A stretch of DNA of 64,000 bases from Verrucomicrobiia bacterium (GTDB lineage: Bacteria > Verrucomicrobiota > Verrucomicrobiia > Limisphaerales > UBA1319). The notes below the pieces were generated by a model, which was given only the letters and a program-made list of their open reading frames with translations, ran no database searches and was not told where the DNA came from. Numbering within the stretch: position 1 is the stretch's first letter; the number at the start of each line of letters is the position of its first letter. Location: contig OY760937.1 of NCBI GenBank assembly GCA_963664225.1, positions 2,336,001-2,400,000 of the forward strand, given 5' to 3'. The translations under genes were made by a program, and so were the position numbers. This document shows, one piece after another, positions 56,555 through 64,000 of the stretch.

Positions 56555-58081
56555 ATGCCCAAACGCACAGACATCCATACGGTTTTGATCATTGGCGCCG
56601 GTCCGATTGTGATCGGTCAGGCCTGCGAATTTGACTACTCGGGCACCCAGGCCTGCAAGGCGCTCAAAGAGGAGGGTTATCGCGTGGTGCTGGTGAATTC
56701 CAACCCGGCCACCATCATGACCGACCCGGAGTTTGCGGATCGCACCTATATCGAGCCGATCACGCCGGAGTGCGTCGAGAAGATCATCGTGCGCGAAATC
56801 GAGGAACTTCAACGGCTGGAAGCCAAAGGCAAGCTCGTCCTCCTGCCCACGCTGGGCGGCCAGACCGCCCTGAACACCGCGATGGCGCTCCACGAGTCCG
56901 GTTTTCTCACGAAACATGGCATTGAAATGATCGGGGCCAACGCCAAGGCCATTGAAAAAGGCGAAGACCGCCAGATTTTCAAGGAAGCCATGCTGGCGAT
57001 CGGCTTGGACGTGCCCATCAGCGGCACGGCGCACAATCTGGACGAAGCGCGCGCGGTGCTGGCCAAAATCGGCCGTCTGCCCCTGATCATCCGTCCAGCT
57101 TATACGCTGGGTGGCACCGGCGGCGGCATTGCCTACAACCGTGAGGAATTCGAGGAACTCGCCAAACGGGGCATCGACCTCTCGCCCGTGCATGAAATCC
57201 TGATCGAGGAATCGTTGATTGGCTGGAAGGAATTCGAGATGGAGGTCATGCGCGACCGCAAGGACAATTGCGTGGTCATCTGTTCCATCGAGAACCTCGA
57301 TCCCATGGGCGTGCACACCGGCGATTCCATCACCGTGGCCCCCATCCAAACGCTGACGGACAAGGAATTTCAGATCATGCGCGACGCCTCGTTCGCCGTG
57401 ATCCGCGAGATCGGCGTGGAAACCGGCGGGTCGAACATCCAGTTCGGGGTGAACCCGGAAAACGGCCGCATGGTCATCATCGAGATGAACCCCCGCGTCT
57501 CCCGTTCCTCCGCGCTGGCCTCGAAGGCCACCGGATTCCCCATCGCGAAAATTGCGGCCAAACTCGCCGTGGGTTATCTGCTGGACGAGATTCGCAACGA
57601 TATCACGCGCGAAACCCCGGCAAGCTTCGAGCCGACCATCGACTACGTCGTGACCAAGATTCCCCGGTTCGCGTTCGAGAAATTTCCGCAGGCCGATCCC
57701 ACGCTCAACACCCAGATGAAATCCGTGGGTGAAGCCATGGCCATCGGACGCACCTTCAAGGAATCCCTCCAGAAATGCCTGCGCTCGCTGGAAATCGGAC
57801 GCAGCGGCCTGGGCGGCGACGGCAAACCCTGGCGCATCGGCGCCGAGGTTTATGGCGACCGGGACATCCTCCCGCGCGATGTGATCTCGCGCAAGCTGAC
57901 CGTGCCCAACGCCGAGCGCATTTTCTTCATCCGCCACGCCATGCGCGCCGGATTCAGCATCGACGAGATTTTCAAGCTGACCAACATCGACCGCTGGTTC
58001 CTGACGCACATCAAGGAAATCGTCGATTTCGAGGAAGTCCTCGCGGCGGAAAATCCGGCGGGCAACAGCAAAAAGAAGTAA
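56555..58081 (+). CDS. carB: Carbamoyl-phosphate synthase large subunit, N-terminal half only (508 aa)
   Basis: [32 protein letters not shown] and TQMKSVGE; stops after IDRWFL. Confidence 0.9.
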   Translation: MPKRTDIHTVLIIGAGPIVIGQACEFDYSGTQACKALKEEGYRVVLVNSNPATIMTDPEFADRTYIEPITPECVEKIIVREIEELQRLEAKGKLVLLPTLGGQTALNTAMALHESGFLTKHGIEMIGANAKAIEKGEDRQIFKEAMLAIGLDVPISGTAHNLDEARAVLAKIGRLPLIIRPAYTLGGTGGGIAYNREEFEELAKRGIDLSPVHEILIEESLIGWKEFEMEVMRDRKDNCVVICSIENLDPMGVHTGDSITVAPIQTLTDKEFQIMRDASFAVIREIGVETGGSNIQFGVNPENGRMVIIEMNPRVSRSSALASKATGFPIAKIAAKLAVGYLLDEIRNDITRETPASFEPTIDYVVTKIPRFAFEKFPQADPTLNTQMKSVGEAMAIGRTFKESLQKCLRSLEIGRSGLGGDGKPWRIGAEVYGDRDILPRDVISRKLTVPNAERIFFIRHAMRAGFSIDEIFKLTNIDRWFLTHIKEIVDFEEVLAAENPAGNSKKK

Positions 58082-58310
58082 GTACCAAGCGGTGGTGGCA
58101 GCGGCGATCGGAGGGTCACGGCTCGGCAGGAGCCTCGCCCTACCGGAACCGCTCTTTTTTGCCGCGGCGCTCAGATTATGGCGCGCACTCCGTTGCGGGC
58201 CGTCGTTGAAAAAGCGACGGCACGGTTTATTTTGCGGAGGAAACTTTTCCGGAGTCCGTCTAATTCCTTGAAATGCGCCGGTCCATTGCGGCCGGGAATG
58301 AATTACTGCC

Positions 58311-59504
58311 ATGAATACGAAATTGCCATGGATCCTGTTGGGGGTTGGCCTCCTCACGACCACACCTGCCTTTGCGCGCGTCAAGCTGGCGGCGCTACCC
58401 GAACGCGCCCGCACGGTCCTTTCCCTGAGCCACCCGGAAGCCGCGCTCGTGGAGGAGGAACGCGTTCTGACCCTTCAAAAAGGGGTGAACCAGATCGATT
58501 TTTCCTGGCGGGGAGTGAACATCGATTCGACTTCCATCCAGGTGCGGATGCTCAGCCATCCCACGGAAGTGCTCCTGCTCAACACCAGTTATCCGCCCAA
58601 CGAAAACGCCTTGATCTGGGCCGTGAGCAGCCCACAGGCGCAGGAGGAAAAAGTCCGCATCTCCTACCTGCTCCAGGGCATCCGCCGCGAGATCGTTTAT
58701 AAAGCCGTGGCCGAGCCGGATGAGAAAACGCTGGTCTGGCGCAATATCCTTCGTCTGCGCAACGATTCCGGCGAGGAATTGACCGACGCGGAAATCTCCA
58801 TCGGCTATGGCGCGAATTTCAAGAAATCCATCGCCAATGGCGAGATCCTCGAGATGCTTTCCGAGCGGATCGATGCCGCGCCGATCAACAAAGTGCTGAC
58901 CTGGGACTCGGCGCAGTTGCCATGGGACCCGGAATACGAGCACACCACCGTGGGCATTCCCCTCTTCTACGTGCTCAAGAACGACACCGCCTCCAAACTC
59001 GGCGCGCATACATTGCTGCCGGGCAAGGCGCGTCTCTTCCTGAAAACCAAGGAGACCTCAACTGACGGCGAGGCCAGGACCGAGTCCGGTGCCGCGTTCA
59101 TCGGGGAGGATTGGGTGACGCTCACGCCCATCGACCGCGAACTCAAACTCAACATCGGCCAGGGCCGAGATGTGAAAGTCGTCCAGCGCAAGACCAAGGA
59201 CGAGCGCGTCAACCTGCGCCGCAACAATGCCAATCAAATCGTGATGTGGGACAACGACGAGACCTACAAGATCGAGATCGAGAATTTCAAGAACACCGAG
59301 GCCCACGTCAAATTGATTGAGCACGCCCCCGGTTACTGGCAGATGACCGCCAATTCGCATCCCGACCAATACAAGAAAAAGGATGCCTTCACCTTCGAAT
59401 ACGAACTGACCCTGCCCGCGTTATCGACAGGCGAGAAGAAGACCACCCTCACATTCCAACTCCACCGGATCAACGTCCAGAACCAGGAGCCTTCCACCTA
59501 CTGA
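58311..59504 (+). CDS. Secreted DUF4139-like protein
   Basis: Signal peptide; LVEEERVLTLQKGVN, ISYL..GI and PGKARLF; paralogous to the next gene. Confidence 0.75.
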   Translation: MNTKLPWILLGVGLLTTTPAFARVKLAALPERARTVLSLSHPEAALVEEERVLTLQKGVNQIDFSWRGVNIDSTSIQVRMLSHPTEVLLLNTSYPPNENALIWAVSSPQAQEEKVRISYLLQGIRREIVYKAVAEPDEKTLVWRNILRLRNDSGEELTDAEISIGYGANFKKSIANGEILEMLSERIDAAPINKVLTWDSAQLPWDPEYEHTTVGIPLFYVLKNDTASKLGAHTLLPGKARLFLKTKETSTDGEARTESGAAFIGEDWVTLTPIDRELKLNIGQGRDVKVVQRKTKDERVNLRRNNANQIVMWDNDETYKIEIENFKNTEAHVKLIEHAPGYWQMTANSHPDQYKKKDAFTFEYELTLPALSTGEKKTTLTFQLHRINVQNQEPSTY

Positions 59505-59531
59505 TCGCTGAACGCCAATCCAAAGGAGAAA

Positions 59532-60938
59532 ATGTTTATGAATTTCTTGTCTTACTTTTCGCAGCCGAACGCCGGGACGCCGTGTGAGGGCACGCGGTTG
59601 CGGGCGGCGCGGTTCGTCACCTGGATGCTGCCACTGGCACTCTTCGCGGCCACCCCGGTTCACGCGCGCATCAATGTGGTCACGCTGCCCGGACGCGATT
59701 CCACGCAACTGACCATTTACAATTCCGCCGACCTGACGCTGGTCAAGGAGACGCGCATCCTGACGCTACGCAAAGGATTGAACCATCTCGAGTTTTCCTG
59801 GGCCAACACGTTGATCGATCCCACCTCGGTCGAGTTTCGCGCGCTCACCCACGCCGATGCCGTGGACGTCCTCGACGCGAGTTTCCCACCGCGTGTAACC
59901 AATACTCTCGAGTGGCGCATCCAAAGCGAGTTTGCGGGGGAAGTGGAGGTCGAGATTCGCTACTTCACCAGTGGCATTACGTGGTCGGCCGATTATGTGG
60001 CCGAGGCCAACCGTGACGAGAAAATGATGGCCCTGTCTGGAGCGGTGCGCGTGACCAACAACAGCGGCGAGGATTACGAGAATGCCCAGGTGCGGCTGAT
60101 CGTGGGCGTCATCCGCCTGGTGGAGGATATTTCCCAAGTGGCGCAGAACTTCCGGCCGCAGGAGCAGGAAGTGCTCAATGCTCCCGCCGCGGCCAAAGCC
60201 CCCATGGGCCGATCCGAGCTGCGTTCCCGCGCCATGGCAGTAAGCGGCGTGATGCTCGGGGCCGCAATGGACGCCGCCAAGCCGAAGGAAATTGTGAAGG
60301 AAGGCCTCTCTGAATACTTCATGTATACGGTGGGTGGCAGCGACACGATTCCCAACGGCTGGTCCAAGCGCCTGCCATCCTTCAAGGCCGATGAAGTGCC
60401 CATCGCCAGCTATTACAAGTTCGAGAAGGAACAGTGGAACGACCAGGTGGTGCGGTTCTATCGGTTCAAGAACGACACCAAGAGCAAGCTCGGCAAGGAA
60501 CCGCTGCCGGATGGCGCGGTCAAGGCCTTCCGCGTTCTCGGTGAAGACCGCCTTTACGCTTACACTGGCGGCACCGTGGTCAAATACATCCCCATCAATG
60601 AGCAGGTGGACCTCGAATTGGGCGCGGACCAGGAGGTGCTCGTCAAACCCGTGCTGATGAACTGGGAAAAATCCGACATCCGGTTCGATGACAAGGGCAA
60701 CGTCTCCGGCTGGACCACCAAGGAGACCTGGCAATTCGAAGTGCGCAATTCCAAGGACATCGACATCACACTGGATATCCGGCGCAACTTCACCGGGGAC
60801 TGGTCCATCGACACCCAGGCGCCCAATGAAAAAGTGGACGCCAACAAGGTCAAGTTTGTCATCCCGCTCAAGTCCCGCGAGCAACGCACCTTCACCTATG
60901 ACCTGATCACGCGCCAAGGCGTGAACGTGACAAAGTAA
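59532..60938 (+). CDS. Secreted DUF4139-like protein
   Basis: LTIYNS...LVKETR, YFTSGITWSADY, NNSGEDY and LGKEPLPDG. Confidence 0.82.
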   Translation: MFMNFLSYFSQPNAGTPCEGTRLRAARFVTWMLPLALFAATPVHARINVVTLPGRDSTQLTIYNSADLTLVKETRILTLRKGLNHLEFSWANTLIDPTSVEFRALTHADAVDVLDASFPPRVTNTLEWRIQSEFAGEVEVEIRYFTSGITWSADYVAEANRDEKMMALSGAVRVTNNSGEDYENAQVRLIVGVIRLVEDISQVAQNFRPQEQEVLNAPAAAKAPMGRSELRSRAMAVSGVMLGAAMDAAKPKEIVKEGLSEYFMYTVGGSDTIPNGWSKRLPSFKADEVPIASYYKFEKEQWNDQVVRFYRFKNDTKSKLGKEPLPDGAVKAFRVLGEDRLYAYTGGTVVKYIPINEQVDLELGADQEVLVKPVLMNWEKSDIRFDDKGNVSGWTTKETWQFEVRNSKDIDITLDIRRNFTGDWSIDTQAPNEKVDANKVKFVIPLKSREQRTFTYDLITRQGVNVTK

Positions 60939-61110
60939 GGATCTTTGGTTCGATTGAAGAGGGTCTTGCATGGTCGGAAGCGTTACAGCAGGCGTGATCT
61001 TGTCTGGATGGATGCGCCAGCGGTCGCCTTGCCGTCGGTGAACCGCCCCGGTCGGCGGCTGAAAACGCACGGAAAATGCGCGCTCCAATTCTCTTGCGAG
61101 ATAATTCAGG

Positions 61111-62256
61111 ATGCGCAACGCTCTCAAAAGCAACGTGACTTTTTATCGCTCCATATTCGTTTCCGCCATGCTGGTGCTCCTGGCCGCCGGCTGCAGCAGC
61201 CCGCAAAAGCGGAGTTTTCCAATTGGATTGTTCGGGGTTCCGGCAACGGCGGATTTCCCGGAAGTCCGCAAGGCCGGTTTCGATGTCGTTGTGGGATCGT
61301 CCCAGTGGGATTATCTCGGCGCGGCTCGCGAGGCTGGACTAAAGGTTCTTGCCACGCCGCCATCCATAAGCCACCAGACAGAAGTCAGCATCCGCACGCT
61401 CGATGCGCATCCCGCGCTCTGGGCCTGGTATCTCATCGATGAACCCGATCTGAACAATGTGGCGCCTGCCGAGGTTCGATTGCGCGAGCGCCAGCTCAAG
61501 GAATCCGGCGCCAGGAAACCCTCGGCCCTGACGCTTTGCTACGGCGGTGAGGCCGTGAACTACGGAAACATCACGGACCTGGTCATCGTCGATCGTTATC
61601 CGATCCCGTGGATGCCCCTGGCGGATTTCGGCCAGCACATCAAGCTGGGCCGGCTGGCCATCGGACCGGACAAGCCGCTGTTTGCGGTCATTCAGGCTTT
61701 CGATTGGACCGCCTATCCGGGTTTGCTGCTCACCGATGCGAAGCTGAGGCCGCCTGTTTATGAAGAACTCCGCTGCATGGCTTACGAGGCGCTGGCCCGG
61801 GGAGCAAACGGGATCTTTTTTTACGAATTCGATGGCCGTTGGAAAATACGAAACCACCCGGAACTCTGGGCTTCCTTGAAGCAGGTGGTTGGCGAGATTC
61901 GCGCCCGGGAACCGTTGTTCCAGGGCAAACGCGTGTGGTGGGCAAAACAACATGCTTTCGGGGATCCGGCCACCGCATACAATGCCGCCATGGAGAGCAG
62001 CATCACTTCCACACTGCTGCGCGTGCCGGTTGGCAACGAATCCGTTCCGCCCGGTGATTACATCATCGCCATCAATAACACACCGCGCGAGGTTCAATAC
62101 GGCTTTGCCCTCCCTCCACGCCGGACCCCCGCAAACGAATGCCTCCCGGTGTTCGGGGAAAACCGGAGCCTGCAGCCGGCAGACAATCGGGTGGGCGATA
62201 CTTTCCCGGCGTACGCAGTCCACATTTACGGCCCCATTTTCTCAACGACTCCCTGA
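61111..62256 (+). CDS. Lipoprotein with a probable glycoside hydrolase-like TIM barrel
   Basis: Lipobox LAAGC; HPALWAWYLIDEP, DRYPIP, VIQAF and GANGIFFY. Confidence 0.7.
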   Translation: MRNALKSNVTFYRSIFVSAMLVLLAAGCSSPQKRSFPIGLFGVPATADFPEVRKAGFDVVVGSSQWDYLGAAREAGLKVLATPPSISHQTEVSIRTLDAHPALWAWYLIDEPDLNNVAPAEVRLRERQLKESGARKPSALTLCYGGEAVNYGNITDLVIVDRYPIPWMPLADFGQHIKLGRLAIGPDKPLFAVIQAFDWTAYPGLLLTDAKLRPPVYEELRCMAYEALARGANGIFFYEFDGRWKIRNHPELWASLKQVVGEIRAREPLFQGKRVWWAKQHAFGDPATAYNAAMESSITSTLLRVPVGNESVPPGDYIIAINNTPREVQYGFALPPRRTPANECLPVFGENRSLQPADNRVGDTFPAYAVHIYGPIFSTTP

Positions 62257-62264
62257 GGTTCCGA

Positions 62265-63386
62265 TCAGGAACGGCGCTCAACCATCCCTGCGCGGGTGTG
62301 TTCAAGACCGTTATCAAAAGGCAGCCGTAACTGCTGGCTGGGCGGTCCCAGGTTGCTGACGCCCAGTCCCAAAAGCCTGAGCGGTCGCGTCACCAATTTG
62401 TGGAAGCCCAGCAGATGACACCCAAGCCGGTAAATGAGCTTCGGGTCGTCCAGCGATTCCTCCAGCGTGATCTGACGGGTCAGTGTGGTGAAATCCCCAT
62501 AGCGAACGCGCACTTGGACCGTTTTGGCCATGAGGTGTTTTTGCTTCAGTTCCGTCGAAATTTCGGCGGCCTGCCCTCGCAACGTGGCCCTCAACACGCC
62601 GCGATCTTCGGTATCCTCCAAAAAGGTCGTTTCACTGCTGATGCTCTTGGTGGTCTCATTGAAATCCAACGGGCGGTCATCTTCGCCGAAGGCAAATTGC
62701 TTCAAGGTGGGACCGAAGGAGCCGACCCACTTTCGCAAATCTCCAGGATGATCCTGCACATCGCCCACCGTCTTGATTCCCGCTGCGTTTAGAATTTCCG
62801 CGGTGACTTTGCCCACCCCGTAGAGCGCACGGACCGGCATTGGGCGTAGAAACGCCACCTTGTCCCGTTCCGGAATCAAGGTCAGTCCATTCGGTTTTTG
62901 ATAATCGCTGGCAAGTTTGGCCAAAAGTTTATTCGAAGCCAGGCCAATGCTGGCGGTTAATTGTCGTTCCGAGAAAACTCTCTGCCTTAACGCCCGGGCC
63001 AGCGGCAGCGCCTGGAGCAGGGCTTCATCGACATCCCCGGCCGGGCATTGCGCGGAAAAGTCCAGGTAGGCTTCATCCACGGAGGTTTGTTCCACCAGCG
63101 CGCCGGTATCCGTCAGGATTTGCATGATGCACCGGGATTCCTGTCGGTAGCGGTCCATCCGGGGACGTATGAAAATGCCATTGGGGCAAAGACGGCCCGC
63201 CGTCACGCTGGGCAGGGCGGAATGGATGCCAAATCGCCGGGCCTCATAACTGGCGGCGCAAACCACGCCGCGCTGATTGGGCGGGCTGCCCACAATGACC
63301 GGCTTGCCGCGCAATTCGGGATGATCGCGCTGCTCCACGGAGGCGAAGAACGCATCCATATCCAGATGTGCGATAACCCGATTCAT
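62265..63386 (-). CDS. dinB: DNA polymerase IV
   Basis: HLDMDAFFASVE, SYEAR, SVDEAYLD and clamp motif QLRLPF. Confidence 0.96.
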   Translation of the reverse strand: MNRVIAHLDMDAFFASVEQRDHPELRGKPVIVGSPPNQRGVVCAASYEARRFGIHSALPSVTAGRLCPNGIFIRPRMDRYRQESRCIMQILTDTGALVEQTSVDEAYLDFSAQCPAGDVDEALLQALPLARALRQRVFSERQLTASIGLASNKLLAKLASDYQKPNGLTLIPERDKVAFLRPMPVRALYGVGKVTAEILNAAGIKTVGDVQDHPGDLRKWVGSFGPTLKQFAFGEDDRPLDFNETTKSISSETTFLEDTEDRGVLRATLRGQAAEISTELKQKHLMAKTVQVRVRYGDFTTLTRQITLEESLDDPKLIYRLGCHLLGFHKLVTRPLRLLGLGVSNLGPPSQQLRLPFDNGLEHTRAGMVERRS

Positions 63387-63400
63387 ATTCTGGAGAATAT
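63385..63400. promoter_or_regulatory. Putative LexA-type operator at the dinB start
   Basis: Palindrome ATATTC-TGGA-GAATAT overlapping the ATG. Confidence 0.5.
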
Positions 63401-63500
63401 AATGGGTTCGCGACTTGCGCGGGCAACTTAAAACCTCCTGCTGCGGCGGGTAGGCCGCCTGGCGTGCTCGTGGAATTACCCGTTGCCTTGCGCGTGCTGG

Positions 63501-64000
63501 TTATTGCTTGTTCAGGGTCACAACCAGCTCTTGAAAATTCCCGAGCACCAGCGTCCCGGTCAGGGTGTTTCCATTGATCACACCCGCGACAAACTGAAAC
63601 GGAAGCGGCGCGGATCCTGCATTGGCAGTGAGTGTGCCGGTGCCGTCCGCGGTCACCAACCCGAGGGATCCCGTCACCACGCCATCATTGAGTTCGAGCA
63701 CGTAGGTGCCGCCGGGATCGCAGGGTACATCCACGGAGTGACAATAAAGCAATGTCTCCACAATGGTTCCGTCGAACAAAAAGGTTCCACTAAAAGGGGC
63801 AGTCGCGGTGCCCTGGCCCCGAACGCCAATCGTGATGGTTCCGGCCAACTTTTCTGCCCAGGCCGCATCCGGATAGGTGTCCGTAAAGGTGCTGTTGAGA
63901 TTTGCGCGGTAGGTCGAAAGATCGTTGGCGGGGCGAAGTCCGGCGAATATGGTCGCCGAATTGGCAAAGGCCAGCGAGCCCACGGATTGGGGTTTGGTCA
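63501..64000 (-). CDS. Hypothetical beta-rich protein, C-terminal part (open to the window edge)
   Basis: No stop codon between 64000 and 63504; Gly/Thr-rich. Confidence 0.6.
   Translation of the reverse strand, partial: TKPQSVGSLAFANSATIFAGLRPANDLSTYRANLNSTFTDTYPDAAWAEKLAGTITIGVRGQGTATAPFSGTFLFDGTIVETLLYCHSVDVPCDPGGTYVLELNDGVVTGSLGLVTADGTGTLTANAGSAPLPFQFVAGVINGNTLTGTLVLGNFQELVVTLNKQ

Noticed and set aside
58119..58144. REP-like sequence after carB as the cause of its truncation
   Set aside because: It lies downstream of the stop codon and no carB remainder follows it.

Overview
GC-rich bacterial chromosomal window. Gene repertoire (DUF1080, PQQ-like propeller, OB-repeat hybrid kinases, C-terminal F[YF]RL domains) suggests Verrucomicrobiota, probably subdivision 3; this is an inference. 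Housekeeping genes: gap, gyrB-gyrA, a stand-alone atpG-atpD-atpC, aroF, feoA-feoA-feoB, glnE, a half-length carB and dinB. Most notable: (1) an intact ~5 kb operon of phage head genes only (portal, protease/scaffold, decoration, major capsid, two accessory genes; 29123-34073) with no terminase, neck, tail, integrase or replication genes, set directly between host genes. (2) An IS701-like element with an AbrB-like ORF joined to the transposase by a likely -1 frameshift, which duplicated a whole 30-bp hairpin on insertion. (3) A three-copy MITE family with 9-bp target duplications, two copies of which host different IS elements. (4) An unannotated Phe/Tyr/Trp-rich leader peptide and attenuator upstream of aroF. 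(5) A 148-bp duplication of an epimerase 5' end flanking a lower-GC NHL-repeat gene. No rRNA, tRNA or CRISPR array was recognised. All family assignments come from motif recognition, not database searches.
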